Origin: a candidate division WOR-3 bacterium
GTDB taxonomy: Bacteria; Hydrothermota; 32-111
Length of the DNA: 64,000 nucleotides
Direction of reading: 5' to 3'
NCBI GenBank assembly: GCA_037481815.1
Contig: JBBFKX010000001.1
Span: forward strand, 576,001 to 640,000
Part shown: one piece after another, positions 20,249-30,817 of the stretch
How the letters are laid out: the number at the start of each line of letters is the position of its first letter
Numbering within the stretch: position 1 is the stretch's first letter
Notes under the pieces: model-generated
The model's input: only the letters and a program-made list of their open reading frames with translations
Told to the model about the DNA's origin: nothing
Database searches by the model: none
Program-made: the position numbers and the translations under genes

Positions 20249-21613
20249 TTACAAACTTTCAAAAAATGCTCTATAAGCTCTGTATGTTTCATAAAGATCA
20301 ACTTTTGAAACAAGTTCAAATGGAGAATGCATACCCAAAAGCGCTGGGCCACAGTCGATCACATTTGGATTGAAAAATGCCAAAAACGCTGCAATCGTTC
20401 CACCTCCACCTGCATCAACTTTACCGAGTTCAGCGACCTGCCATGAAACATCATTTTTATTAAAAATCTCCTTTATTTTAAAAAGGTATTCAGCGTTAGC
20501 ATCGTTTGCTCCACCTTTTCCACCTGACCCTGTGAACTTTGTAATAACTACACCATAACCGATCTTTGCTCCATTCTGTTGTTCATGAACTTCAGGGAAA
20601 TCAGGATCTATTCCGGCTGAAACATCAGCAGAAATAAAATCAGAATTCTTTAAAACTTCTCTTATATTTTTATAGGTTGGCTCTATTTTTGATCTTTTTA
20701 AAATTTCAATTATCACATCTTCAAGAAACAAAGATTTTGCTCCAGTTGCACCGTTTGATCCAACCTCTTCTTTATCGAAAAGAATTGAACACACCGTGAA
20801 TTTATTTTTTGCATCGAAAAGAGCGGTTGTGGAGGTATAGGAACATATTCTATCATCATGTCCGTAACCACCGATAAAAGATCTGTCAAAACCAACATCG
20901 AATACGCTCCCCTGAGGAACTATCTCAAGTTCAGATGAAATAAAATCTTCTTCAACTATACCATACTTTTCATTTAAAATTTTTAGAACCATCTTTTTCA
21001 CAGGATTTTCTTTTTCACCTTTCAAAGGTATCGAACCAACTATTATATTTAATTTTTCACCCTCGAAAGCGTCTCTCACAGTTTTTTCATATTGGTTTTT
21101 TGAAAGATGCGGTAAAAGATCATTTATTGTAAAAACCGGATCACCATCATTGTCACCTATCGAAATTTCTACGGTTTTACCATCTTTTTTTATTACAACT
21201 CCATATAATGAAAGCGGTCTTGCAAGATAATGGTATTTTTTTATTCCACCATAATAATGTGTCTTAAAATGTGCTATCTCTTCTTTTTCATACAAAGGGT
21301 TTTGTTTTAGATCTATCCTCGGGACATCAGCATGGCTGCCTATTAGTTTTATACCCTTTAATGGTGATATCTTACCCAAACTTACAAAAGCGATTGTTTT
21401 ATTCTTGTTAACTATATAGAATTTTTCTTTTCCATCCTCTGTAAAATTTTTTTTCTCTGCAAGATTTTTCATATACTTTAAAGTCAATCTTTCGGTTTTC
21501 GAATTTTTCAAAAATTCAACATACTTTTTTCCATAATCGAAAATATCTTTTATCCCTTTTTCATCATACTTTTCCCATACATTTTTTCTTGAATACAAAA
21601 TCTCATCCTTCAT
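20249..21613 (-). CDS. M18-family aminopeptidase
   Basis: KTER, SHADVPRIDLK, KTHYYGGIKKY, GHDDR, DKEEVGS, GMHSPFE. Confidence 0.93.
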   Translation of the reverse strand: MKDEILYSRKNVWEKYDEKGIKDIFDYGKKYVEFLKNSKTERLTLKYMKNLAEKKNFTEDGKEKFYIVNKNKTIAFVSLGKISPLKGIKLIGSHADVPRIDLKQNPLYEKEEIAHFKTHYYGGIKKYHYLARPLSLYGVVIKKDGKTVEISIGDNDGDPVFTINDLLPHLSKNQYEKTVRDAFEGEKLNIIVGSIPLKGEKENPVKKMVLKILNEKYGIVEEDFISSELEIVPQGSVFDVGFDRSFIGGYGHDDRICSYTSTTALFDAKNKFTVCSILFDKEEVGSNGATGAKSLFLEDVIIEILKRSKIEPTYKNIREVLKNSDFISADVSAGIDPDFPEVHEQQNGAKIGYGVVITKFTGSGGKGGANDANAEYLFKIKEIFNKNDVSWQVAELGKVDAGGGGTIAAFLAFFNPNVIDCGPALLGMHSPFELVSKVDLYETYRAYRAFFESL

Positions 21614-21625
21614 TTTATCTCCTTT

Positions 21626-22378
21626 TTAAATATTTTCAGTTAAAATTTCGAACCCCTCCTTACAAACAAGCACAGTGTTCTCATAATGTGCTGAAAGTTT
21701 ACCATCCTCTGTTACTGCAGTCCACCCATCATTTAGAATTTTCACCCTATAACTCCCCTGGTTTACCATCGGTTCGATGGCAAGACACATTCCTTTTTTC
21801 AACAGAGGACCTTTCCCTAACTCTCCCACATTCTGAAAAAATGGTTCCTCATGCAATTTTTTTCCAACACCATGACTTACAAAATCTCTTACAAGAGAAA
21901 ATCCCTGACTTTCAACAGTCTTTTGTATCATATATGAAATATCATAAAGATGGTTTCCTTCAACTGCCATTTTTGCACCTTCAAAGAATGATTTTTTTGT
22001 AATCTCAACAAGTTTTTTCGTTTCCTGAGAAACTTCGCCAACAATAAAAGTTCTTGCCGCATCGGTTATGAATCCTTTATATATCACTCCCATATCCACC
22101 GAAACAATATCCCCGTTTTTGATAACATATTCTGATGGTATACCATGCACAACAACCTCATTCACTGAAATACAACTAACAGCGGGATAACCTTTATAAC
22201 CAAGAAAAGGGGATTTTACTTTAAATTTTTTTAAAAGTTTTCTTAACTCCATCTCAATCTCAAAGGTTGTTGTTCCTGCAACTATCCTTTCTTCGATTTC
22301 AAGTAATATTTCTGAAAGTATTCTTCCAGAATCTCTCATCAATAAAATTTCTTTTTCACTTTTTATCGGTATATTCAC
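21626..22378 (-). CDS. map: Methionine aminopeptidase type I
   Basis: CISVNEVVVHGIP, HGVG, LHEEP, AIEPM, SAHYENT. Confidence 0.97.
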   Translation of the reverse strand: MNIPIKSEKEILLMRDSGRILSEILLEIEERIVAGTTTFEIEMELRKLLKKFKVKSPFLGYKGYPAVSCISVNEVVVHGIPSEYVIKNGDIVSVDMGVIYKGFITDAARTFIVGEVSQETKKLVEITKKSFFEGAKMAVEGNHLYDISYMIQKTVESQGFSLVRDFVSHGVGKKLHEEPFFQNVGELGKGPLLKKGMCLAIEPMVNQGSYRVKILNDGWTAVTEDGKLSAHYENTVLVCKEGFEILTENI

Positions 22379-23099
22379 TCAAAAACTCCAGAACTATATT
22401 TTTTTTGTCATCCTTTGTTTCTATAACAACAAAGGTATCCCTTGAAATTTTATTCAGAATATCTTTATATATTTCAAAATCCTGTTTTAAAAAGTTATGC
22501 TGGTCTGTGATTCTATCATTTGAATGTAGGTGCAAAACTTTTATATGTTCCTTGAACTCCTCAAAAATTTTTAAAGGTTCTTTAAAGGTTAACAAAGAAT
22601 GACCAAAATCAAAACATAGGTCAAATCCGTTATCAATGAAAAACTTTATTTCCTTTTCGTAACTACACAGATATCCTGATGGTAAATTTTCAACAAGAAT
22701 CTCTACATCGAAAATTTTTCCAGTTTCTTTTATTTCTATCAAAGATTCAAGTGATTTTTTTAAACTTTCTATTCTTGTACTTTCACGATTAAGTTTTGAG
22801 GAAGGATGAACCACAGCATATCTGATGTTCAACCTTTTTGCTATAGGAATCGATTTTTCAACCTCTCTAATCGATTTCACTCTTTCCCATTGATTCATAG
22901 ATGAGATGTCTATATTCTCAAAAGTTGAATGTATCAAAAAATTTAAATTTTCTTTTTTAAACGAATCAAAATTTAAAAGATCGTAATCTTTTATCAATCG
23001 ATCGCTTCTCAACTCTATTCCCTCGAAGTATTTTAAAACAAAATCATAATCAAAATCGTTTCCCTTGAAAAAAATCTGTGAGATAAAAAATTTTATCAT
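22356..23099 (-). CDS. Sugar phosphate isomerase/epimerase (AP endonuclease 2-like TIM barrel)
   Basis: VVHP, LVENL, CFDFGH, HLHSN...DQH, VIE metal-binding motifs. Confidence 0.8.
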   Translation of the reverse strand: MIKFFISQIFFKGNDFDYDFVLKYFEGIELRSDRLIKDYDLLNFDSFKKENLNFLIHSTFENIDISSMNQWERVKSIREVEKSIPIAKRLNIRYAVVHPSSKLNRESTRIESLKKSLESLIEIKETGKIFDVEILVENLPSGYLCSYEKEIKFFIDNGFDLCFDFGHSLLTFKEPLKIFEEFKEHIKVLHLHSNDRITDQHNFLKQDFEIYKDILNKISRDTFVVIETKDDKKNIVLEFLSEYTDKK

Positions 23100-23869
23100 C
23101 TTTTTACCTTTTCGATAATCTTTTCGCCTATACGTTTGAAATGTTCCACGAATTGAGAATCTTTAAATTTTTCTATATAAGGGACCCCGAGATCAACCGA
23201 AACAAGAAGGTTTCTATCAAAAGGAATCCTTTCTATTATTTCCACATTGTAAATCGAAAGAAGATTTTCTAAACTCTCCCTTCTGTAAAGTTCAAGTACT
23301 GACTTACAGTTGGGACACACTATATTAATCATATTCTCAACGACACCGATTATTGGAATGTTGTATTGATTAGCAAATATTATTGATCTTTCAGTATCTA
23401 TAAGTGTTATATCCTGACTACTTGTAATTATCAAAGCTCCATCGATCCTTTTGATTTTATCCACAAGAGTTAACCCACCATCGGAAAAACTTGCAGGGAA
23501 ATCAACAAAAATATAATCGAAATCTGACCAATCGGTATCAACAACAAACTGTTCTGTAATCAATCTCTCCTGTACACCTCTTAATATAACAGGAAGTTTC
23601 TTATCGGTAAGGAAGAAACCGTATGATGCAAGATAAAGATTTGAAAGTATTTTTACAGGTAAAAGTTTTTTATTCTGTATACCCATTTTTCTATTTTCAA
23701 CACCAAAAATCGATGGTAGATCTGGATTGTAAAAATCCATATCTATGACTCCAACCTTTTTATTCTCATTTGTTGAAAAAAGGTAAGCGATATTTGCAAG
23801 CATAGTAGATTTTCCTGTTCCACCCTTATTACTCAAAAAGAGTACTATTTTTGTTTTTTCTTCAATCAT
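23096..23869 (-). CDS. Mrp/ApbC/NBP35-family P-loop ATPase (Fe-S carrier), divergent
   Basis: SNKGGTGKST, GVVENM...CPNC, IPFD. Confidence 0.85.
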   Translation of the reverse strand: MIEEKTKIVLFLSNKGGTGKSTMLANIAYLFSTNENKKVGVIDMDFYNPDLPSIFGVENRKMGIQNKKLLPVKILSNLYLASYGFFLTDKKLPVILRGVQERLITEQFVVDTDWSDFDYIFVDFPASFSDGGLTLVDKIKRIDGALIITSSQDITLIDTERSIIFANQYNIPIIGVVENMINIVCPNCKSVLELYRRESLENLLSIYNVEIIERIPFDRNLLVSVDLGVPYIEKFKDSQFVEHFKRIGEKIIEKVKR

Positions 23870-24714
23870 ATTAACCTCTTAAAAGTTTCATACGCTTCAA
23901 AACTGGATCTAACAAATATTCCAGATACAACTTTTTTTATTCCAAAGTTCTCTGCTTTTTCTTTTAATCTATCGAATTCCTTTTGTGAATAGTATTTTAC
24001 AACCTTATGGTGCTTTGGAGAAGGTGAAATATACTGACCTATCGTGAGTATATCAACTGAGACATCGCTTAGATCTTTAAAAAGTTTTTCAAGTTGTTCT
24101 TCAGTTTCACCCAGTCCAACCATAATTCCACTTTTTGTTGTAACTTTAAATTTTTTCACCTCAAAAAGCATTCTTAAAGAAAAATCGTATGAAGCATTTA
24201 TTCTAACTTCTCTATAAAGTTCTTTGACAGTTTCAAGGTTATGGTTGAAAACATCGATTTTTGAAAAATTTAAACTGCTGAGGTTTTTTAAATCCTGTTT
24301 AAAATCAGGCACAAGGACCTCAATTTTTATATCTGGAAAAGTTTTTTTTATACTCTCAACAACAATGTTGAAATAAAAAGCACCACCATCTTCAAGATCG
24401 TCTCTTGTAACCGATGTTATAACAACATAATCGAGTTTAAGTTCCTCTATAGCTTTTATTATCTCTTCAATTTCATCCTTGTCCAACGGTAAAGGTTTAC
24501 CCTTTTTTATAGCGCAAAAAGAACAATTTCTGGTACATATATCTCCCATCACAAGGAAAGTAGCTGTTCTTTTTGAAAAGCATAATCCTCTGTTCGGGCA
24601 TTTTGCTTCTTCACAAACAGTGTGAATATGTGAAGTGTTTCTTAGGAATTTTTTTACACTGTCTTCCTTCGTTTTAGTATAAAGAAAATCCTTATATTCC
24701 TTTGGTAAACTCAT
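23866..24714 (-). CDS. lipA: Lipoyl synthase
   Basis: [43 protein letters not shown]. Confidence 0.97.
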   Translation of the reverse strand: MSLPKEYKDFLYTKTKEDSVKKFLRNTSHIHTVCEEAKCPNRGLCFSKRTATFLVMGDICTRNCSFCAIKKGKPLPLDKDEIEEIIKAIEELKLDYVVITSVTRDDLEDGGAFYFNIVVESIKKTFPDIKIEVLVPDFKQDLKNLSSLNFSKIDVFNHNLETVKELYREVRINASYDFSLRMLFEVKKFKVTTKSGIMVGLGETEEQLEKLFKDLSDVSVDILTIGQYISPSPKHHKVVKYYSQKEFDRLKEKAENFGIKKVVSGIFVRSSFEAYETFKRLI

Positions 24715-25060
24715 CTTTTATCTCATTTTTTTGATCAAGTACAATTATTTTCGCTTTATAATCTTTCAGTTCATCGGAATTGAACAAACCGAAAGACATG
24801 ATTATCAATCTATCCCCTTTCTGAACAAGTCGTGCTGCTCCTCCATTAACTCCAATAACTTTCGAGTTTCTTTTGCCTTTAATTACATAAGTTTCAAACC
24901 TTTCCCCATTCTCAACATCGATCACAAGAACTTTTTCGTTTGGCAGAATATCCACTCTTTCCATTATATCAGGATCTATCTCTATACTTCCCTCATAGTT
25001 TACCTCGGCTTTTGTAACGATTGCATTATGAATTTTTGATTTTAACATAATTTTGAACAT
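24692..25060 (-). CDS. panD: Aspartate 1-decarboxylase
   Basis: MLKSKIH, YEG/SI autocleavage site, [14 protein letters not shown]. Confidence 0.97.
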   Translation of the reverse strand: MFKIMLKSKIHNAIVTKAEVNYEGSIEIDPDIMERVDILPNEKVLVIDVENGERFETYVIKGKRNSKVIGVNGGAARLVQKGDRLIIMSFGLFNSDELKDYKAKIIVLDQKNEIKDEFTKGI

Positions 25061-25083
25061 AACACATCCTTTTTAGATTTATT

Positions 25084-25111
25084 ATTATAATTTAAAAAAG
25101 TTTCAAGTCAA
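25084..25111 (-). promoter_or_regulatory. Putative internal promoter for panD-lipA-mrp and downstream genes
   Basis: TTGACT (25111-25106), 16 nt spacer, TATAAT (25089-25084). Confidence 0.5.
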
Positions 25112-25122
25112 TCAATTAAGTG

Positions 25123-25635
25123 TTACTTCTGTTCCTTATTAATTTTAAAAACTTCTTTGAGGAAAAGTAAAAAGGAGACGAAATAGATTGATTTAAAGAA
25201 TATTATAAAGAAATTTCTTTCTAAAAATTTAAAAAAAACATACCCGTTCTCGAAAAAATCCATTTTTGCAACTAAGATAAGAAGAGAGTTCAGAATTATA
25301 ACGGGTAAAAAAATCTGAACCAACTGTTTCAATATCGTTAAAACATTCAATTGCTTCTCATCAAGTTTTTTGTAAATTACAAACAAAAAAAAATTAGAAA
25401 AATTCAACATCAAAAATTCAAAAAAATAGATTACTCTTACGGTATCATAATTCACATTTACCTTCTCATATTTTACATTTATCAAAAGATGAAGAAAAAT
25501 TAAAAACAGAATAAAACTCTGTAAAACTCCGTTAAGGAAAGAAATAAAAGTTAAAAACTTATAAAATCTCTTAATCTTAAAAAAAAGAAAAAAAACCAAA
25601 GCAATATAAATTAAAAATACTGCAAGAAATATCAT
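25123..25635 (-). CDS. Hypothetical integral membrane protein
   Basis: About five hydrophobic segments; start overlaps the upstream stop (ATGA). Confidence 0.6.
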   Translation of the reverse strand: MIFLAVFLIYIALVFFLFFKIKRFYKFLTFISFLNGVLQSFILFLIFLHLLINVKYEKVNVNYDTVRVIYFFEFLMLNFSNFFLFVIYKKLDEKQLNVLTILKQLVQIFLPVIILNSLLILVAKMDFFENGYVFFKFLERNFFIIFFKSIYFVSFLLFLKEVFKINKEQK

Positions 25636-27260
25636 TCTATACCTTTTAAAAATTCTATTCTTGTTTTTATGTATCCATACAGATCCTCAAAATATCCTAC
25701 CTTTATAAATCTAATTGTACCGTTTTTATCGATTATGAAAATAGTTGGAACACCTTCAATCTTTAAACTGTCCATCAATAAACTTCCATTTGGAAAGACA
25801 GTGTAAGAGAATTTTGTTTCATTGATAAACTTGTTCAGAGATTCAGTCTTGTTATCCGAAGCTATTGCTAAAAATTCAAAGTTTTTATTCTTCTTGTATG
25901 TCTCTCTGATTTCGTTTAAAAAGTTTATTTCTTTTTTACAGTATGGACAGGTTGATGAGAAAAAGTTCAAAATGGTAATTTTCCCATTAACGATTTTTGA
26001 TAGTTTTATTTTTTGCCCATCCATGCTTTCAATTTCAAATTCAGGTAATTTTAAAGTATCCATTTTAGATTTAAGATAAGTGTAAACTTTTTTTTCAATA
26101 TCCTTTTTTTTGATTCCCAAATTTTTTTCCACAAGTTTTAAAACTTTTTCATCGTATAAATTTTCACTCAACAGTTTGATACCATAACTTTCAATCTTTT
26201 TTTTATCATTGGTTTCGACCGCAAGATCAAACCCGGTTTTAAAAACATCCATATCCTCAAGGTTGTATTCCTTTTCAACTATTTCAAGATATTTAGCACT
26301 CTGTTCGTAATCTTTTAAGATCAAATAGCCTTTTGCAAGATAAAAGTTAAGCCAATCACCATAATCATAATATATTTCACTTTCAGAAAGATTTAAAAGG
26401 TTGTTTACCGATTTTTCAACAGAATATCTTTTTTCGATAAAAAACGCTGACACGGAAAACCTTAAATCATCCGATATCTGCTGATCTAAAAGTTTTTCCA
26501 TTTTTGACAGTATTTCATCTTTTAAAATACCCTTTTCATAAAAATCAATACACTGATACAAAATATAAATAAAATCTTCATTTTTATAAAAATTTTCAAA
26601 TGTAAAATCGATGAGTTTTTTGAGTGAAGGTAAATCAATTTTTTCATAATCAAATACAAGTTCAACAGCAATATTGAAAGAAATATATGAAGAATCAAGG
26701 ATACCTATAGCTTTTTTTAAAATATTGAAAGCTTTTTCATTCTCGTTTAAATCCTTAAAAACCAAACTATTCTTGTATATCACATTCAGATTGGTACTGT
26801 CGTTCAAATAGTAAAAATCTAACAAACTATCCAAATTTTGGTATTTTTTCTCATAAAGAAAGTCTACAAGTTTTGAATATGAGTCATAATCTTTTTTCAA
26901 TCTATAATTTTTTTCCAGATAAACTAAAAGTGAATCATCCATATCGTAGTTTTGAAATATACCAATCTTATATTCCAATAGACCTTCTTTATCGAGGTTT
27001 TTAGAAAAATAAAAGTTTAGAAGATTTTTTGAATCATCTTCAAATATTATAACAGAATCGTTTTTTTCAGTTTTTACCAAAAATTCCTTATTTTTAGAAG
27101 GTTTCAATGAAACTTTTGAAGAGAAGTCAAAATTTTTTATTACAAAAATCGAGTCCTTTTCACATTTTATTTTTAGATAAGAGCCATTTTTGAAATAGTT
27201 TTCTGTGTTTACAAAAATAAAAGAAATTAGAAAAAAAAATAAAAATAACAATTTTTTCAT
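25632..27260 (-). CDS. Exported protein with helical-repeat body and C-terminal TlpA/ResA-like redoxin domain
   Basis: Signal peptide; ILNFFSSTCPYC, GVPTIFIIDKNG. Confidence 0.8.
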   Translation of the reverse strand: MKKLLFLFFFLISFIFVNTENYFKNGSYLKIKCEKDSIFVIKNFDFSSKVSLKPSKNKEFLVKTEKNDSVIIFEDDSKNLLNFYFSKNLDKEGLLEYKIGIFQNYDMDDSLLVYLEKNYRLKKDYDSYSKLVDFLYEKKYQNLDSLLDFYYLNDSTNLNVIYKNSLVFKDLNENEKAFNILKKAIGILDSSYISFNIAVELVFDYEKIDLPSLKKLIDFTFENFYKNEDFIYILYQCIDFYEKGILKDEILSKMEKLLDQQISDDLRFSVSAFFIEKRYSVEKSVNNLLNLSESEIYYDYGDWLNFYLAKGYLILKDYEQSAKYLEIVEKEYNLEDMDVFKTGFDLAVETNDKKKIESYGIKLLSENLYDEKVLKLVEKNLGIKKKDIEKKVYTYLKSKMDTLKLPEFEIESMDGQKIKLSKIVNGKITILNFFSSTCPYCKKEINFLNEIRETYKKNKNFEFLAIASDNKTESLNKFINETKFSYTVFPNGSLLMDSLKIEGVPTIFIIDKNGTIRFIKVGYFEDLYGYIKTRIEFLKGIE

Positions 27261-29452
27261 TTTTCACTCCATTTTGATATCTTTAAAATCTTTTTCCCAT
27301 CTATCTCTTCCCCGGCTTTTTTGCCTAAAAGTTTTTGTGCTAGGGGTGACAGGTAAGAGATTATCCCATTATCAGGATCAGCATCGAATGGCCCTAAAAT
27401 AGCATACTTTTTTATTTTCTTTTCAGTAATATCTTCGAACTCAACCACCACACCAATTTCAACTTTGTCCCCACTGATTTTTTTAAAGTTGATTGGAAAG
27501 GTTTTTTCAAGTTCTTTTCTCAATTCTTCAGCTTTTGTTGAGAAAAATGAATACTGCTCCCTGGCAAATTTGTATTCGGAATTTTCACTAAGATCACCAA
27601 GTGCTGCTGCTTCCCCTATCATTTTTGAGAGTTGTGGTAGTTTAACATTTACTATTTCCTCAAATTCTTTCCTTTTCTTTTCTATACCTTCTCTTGTAGA
27701 GTAAACCACATCATCATTTTCAAGTTTTAAAAATGTTGGATAAAGTTCATAGATGTCTCTTTTTAAAAGATCCTTCTGATGATCCGTTAAATAGGAAATC
27801 TTTTCTATCTCATCAAAAATTATTTTTGCAGATTCCTCTTTGAAGTTCTTTAGATAGTATATGATACCTTTATTTTTGGACTGAAAAAACATTCTTTTAA
27901 CAGAGTTAACAAACCATTCGTTATCCTTCTTCGAATAAAGTTCATTGGCGATGCTCAAAGATCTGAATATTATGTAATCAAGATCAAATTTTAACAATTT
28001 TTCATCAAGATGATAGTTCAGATACCAATCAAAAAAGTTCAAGGGTCTTCCCAATCTGATCGATTTCTCTGTAATTTCTATAATTTTGCTTTTAAATCCA
28101 TCATTCAAATTTTTGAAAACATTTTCAATACGATCCTTTTCAAAATCTTTCATAAATTTTTCTGGATCAAAATCTCTTCCTTCTTTAACAGCTTTGATCA
28201 AAAGAGATTCTTTGAAGAAAGGATTTTCAAATCTATCATAGTTTTCAAAATCGTTTAAATTCAAATATTTCTGATCACCCGTTATCACAAAATTTATTTC
28301 ATTTTTGAGTTTATCACATTTTTCATTTACAAGATCTAAAATCTCCGTTAAATTTTCTTCATCTGTTTTTCGCGTTTTCAATATATTAAAAATGTATTGT
28401 CTTACGGATTGTTCATCCTTCAAATTCGTTATAATTCTTGACAGATCGTTGTCCTGCATACTTTTTAGAACATATCTTGTTGGTTCTTCATATATAACTT
28501 CAATCAGTTCACATTTTTCTATATCTTTCTTTTTCTTATTCAGGACAGAACCTGCTTCTTTTCCATAAATAAAAGATAATTCGGTTTTTAACTGCTCTTT
28601 TGTCAGCCCACTATTTTTATACTTTAAAATTGAGACGATCAGTTCACAGATATCGATATTTTTTCCTTTTTCAGGGTCAAAGAATTTTAAAACTCTGAAA
28701 TCGTTTTCATCTATCGGGGATGTTTTAAGCATCAATTCTTTTGCTTCAATCCTCTTTACTCTACCAAGTTTGTCTTTAAGTGTAAAAATCCTTAAAGATT
28801 GATCGAAATTTTCTATCCTGTTGATATCGTTGTTATATATAACAAAAGTATTTTTCTTGAAACTCAAACCTTTCAAAAAATTTGAAAAAGATTCTTCGTC
28901 ATCTTTGTCCTTTAAAAAGATTTCATAGGAAATTTCGGCAGTTGGAAACACATTACTTAACTCTTTCAATTTTGAAGCAAAATCTTTTCCGAGAATCAAC
29001 CTTGAAACAAAACTTATCAAAAGATTTTTATCATCGGTCAGATTCTTTACATAATCGACAACTATACTTTTATTTTTGTTTTTTAAGAGAAACTCAAGCA
29101 GTCCTTCATCCGAAAAGATTGCTCCTTCTCTTTCAAGAAAAATTATCATAAAATCATCATATAGATCTTTTCTATCTTTTGTGATTATCATTTTGAACAT
29201 TTTCTTGCATTCTTCCTGATCAAAATTCCTGTCAAAAAGAAATCTGTTAAACAAAAAATCGATATCATTTTTAATTTCGTTATTTTTTGAAGATACGAGA
29301 TCAAAAACTTTCAGATTTTTTCGGTTGGCTGCTCTAAAAAATAATCTCAACCGATGGATATCCTCTTCATCTTTAAAGTTCTCAACGAAATATTTCACAA
29401 AAAGTTCATATTCTCCTTTTTCATAAACTTTTTCAAGTTCTTCAAAATTCAT
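27257..29452 (-). CDS. greA: GreA/GreB-family transcription elongation factor with a large N-terminal extension
   Basis: C-terminal AAALGDLSENSEYKFARE, ILGPFDADP...ISYLSPLAQKLLGKK. Confidence 0.85.
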   Translation of the reverse strand: MNFEELEKVYEKGEYELFVKYFVENFKDEEDIHRLRLFFRAANRKNLKVFDLVSSKNNEIKNDIDFLFNRFLFDRNFDQEECKKMFKMIITKDRKDLYDDFMIIFLEREGAIFSDEGLLEFLLKNKNKSIVVDYVKNLTDDKNLLISFVSRLILGKDFASKLKELSNVFPTAEISYEIFLKDKDDEESFSNFLKGLSFKKNTFVIYNNDINRIENFDQSLRIFTLKDKLGRVKRIEAKELMLKTSPIDENDFRVLKFFDPEKGKNIDICELIVSILKYKNSGLTKEQLKTELSFIYGKEAGSVLNKKKKDIEKCELIEVIYEEPTRYVLKSMQDNDLSRIITNLKDEQSVRQYIFNILKTRKTDEENLTEILDLVNEKCDKLKNEINFVITGDQKYLNLNDFENYDRFENPFFKESLLIKAVKEGRDFDPEKFMKDFEKDRIENVFKNLNDGFKSKIIEITEKSIRLGRPLNFFDWYLNYHLDEKLLKFDLDYIIFRSLSIANELYSKKDNEWFVNSVKRMFFQSKNKGIIYYLKNFKEESAKIIFDEIEKISYLTDHQKDLLKRDIYELYPTFLKLENDDVVYSTREGIEKKRKEFEEIVNVKLPQLSKMIGEAAALGDLSENSEYKFAREQYSFFSTKAEELRKELEKTFPINFKKISGDKVEIGVVVEFEDITEKKIKKYAILGPFDADPDNGIISYLSPLAQKLLGKKAGEEIDGKKILKISKWSEK

Positions 29453-29901
29453 TTGTGATACTTCTCCTTATTGAGTATGGTTAAACCTCTATAGATCTGT
29501 TCCATAAGAACAATTCTTGCGATCTTATGTGGAAAAGTCATTTTCGAGAGTGAAAGCACAAGATCAACATTTTTGTAAACATCTTCTGTTACCCCAAAAA
29601 CACCACCGATTATAAAAGCAATCTTTTCTTTTTCAAGAAGTTTTGTAAACGAAAGCGAATCGAACATTTTTCCTTCTTTCGCAAGAAGAATTTTAAAACT
29701 ATCAATACTTTTGAGGTTATCCAGAATAATTCTTGATTCTTTTTCCATCATTTTACTTTTATCCTCTTTCAACTCTCCATAATCTTTAACATATTTTATT
29801 TCAATACTTCTGTATTTTTTAACCCTTTCAACATACTCATAGAAAATATCTGAAAAGACATCATTTTTATTCTTCCCAACAGTTAAAACAGTTATTCCCA
29901 T
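29449..29901 (-). CDS. rlmH: 23S rRNA m3Psi1915 methyltransferase
   Basis: VGK, FIIGGVFG, LSLSKMTFPH, EQIYRG...YHK. Confidence 0.95.
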   Translation of the reverse strand: MGITVLTVGKNKNDVFSDIFYEYVERVKKYRSIEIKYVKDYGELKEDKSKMMEKESRIILDNLKSIDSFKILLAKEGKMFDSLSFTKLLEKEKIAFIIGGVFGVTEDVYKNVDLVLSLSKMTFPHKIARIVLMEQIYRGLTILNKEKYHK

Positions 29902-30817
29902 AAACCATACCCTGAAATATTTTCTTCTCTTTTGCTCTCCGAAACAGTTTTTCATAAAAGAATCTATCCATTGTCCATAAAGGAGCCACAAGATTAATAG
30001 GGATCATAGAAGATTTGACCCTATGTATGATTTTTTCTTTAGGAATTATCTTTAAAAGTTCCAGAAAAATATCGATGTACTCCATTTCAGACAAAAGTTT
30101 TATTTTCCCACTTTCAAACTGTCTGTAAATCAAAGAATCTCTAACTATATACAGATGATGAAACTTTATACCATCACATCTGGAAAGTAAAAAGAACTTT
30201 ACCGTATTTTCATAATCATAAAAATCTTCATCTGGAAGTCCTATTATTACATGAGCGACCAGATGGCTTTCAGGAATTAATTCTTTTATTCTTTCACAAC
30301 TCTTTAAAAAAGTTTTAGATTCATCTTTTCTATTTATCTTTTCAAGTGTGATATCGTTTGAGCTTTCAAGGCCAAGTTCTATCTGAATAAAAAACCTCGA
30401 ACTTTTTTCTTTAAGGTATTTCAGAATCTCTTCATCAACAGTGTCCGGTCTTGTAGCTATCGATATGCCTATTATCCTCTCATATTTTGAGATGAGTTCG
30501 ATCTGTTCAATAAGCCAATCTTTATTTTTATACATATTTGAAAACGATTGAAAATATGCTATTAACCTGTTTCCTTTTTTTACATTCGAAAGAAAATTTT
30601 CGATCTGTTCTTTAACACTTTTATAAGTTTCTTTACCACTACCGAATGATGAACAGTATATACACCCACCATAACCTTTTGTTCCATCCCTGTTTGGACA
30701 TGTTCCTCCAGTTGCAAGAGAAATTTTATAAATCTCTTCGTTAAACATTTCTTTTAGAAATTTTGAATAGGAGTAGTAAAAATTACTCCTTATCCCGAAA
30801 CCATCTTGATAGATCAT
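29867..30817 (-). CDS. YhcC/YtqA-type (TIGR01212-like) radical SAM protein
   Basis: TCPNRDGTKGYGGCIYC, YFQSFSN, ATRPD, ELGLES, HVIIGLP. Confidence 0.92.
   Translation of the reverse strand: MIYQDGFGIRSNFYYSYSKFLKEMFNEEIYKISLATGGTCPNRDGTKGYGGCIYCSSFGSGKETYKSVKEQIENFLSNVKKGNRLIAYFQSFSNMYKNKDWLIEQIELISKYERIIGISIATRPDTVDEEILKYLKEKSSRFFIQIELGLESSNDITLEKINRKDESKTFLKSCERIKELIPESHLVAHVIIGLPDEDFYDYENTVKFFLLSRCDGIKFHHLYIVRDSLIYRQFESGKIKLLSEMEYIDIFLELLKIIPKEKIIHRVKSSMIPINLVAPLWTMDRFFYEKLFRRAKEKKIFQGMVYGNNCFNCWEE

Noticed and set aside
25061..25122. Riboswitch or structured leader upstream of panD
   Set aside because: Only about 60 nt, AT-rich, accounted for by the promoter and SD
29902..29991. N-terminal extensions in the ORF track (rlmH here; also rplE, rplC, glyS, purB, leuS, rnc, rsmI)
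   Set aside because: They are longest-ORF artefacts overlapping upstream genes; downstream ATGs match the expected family N-termini
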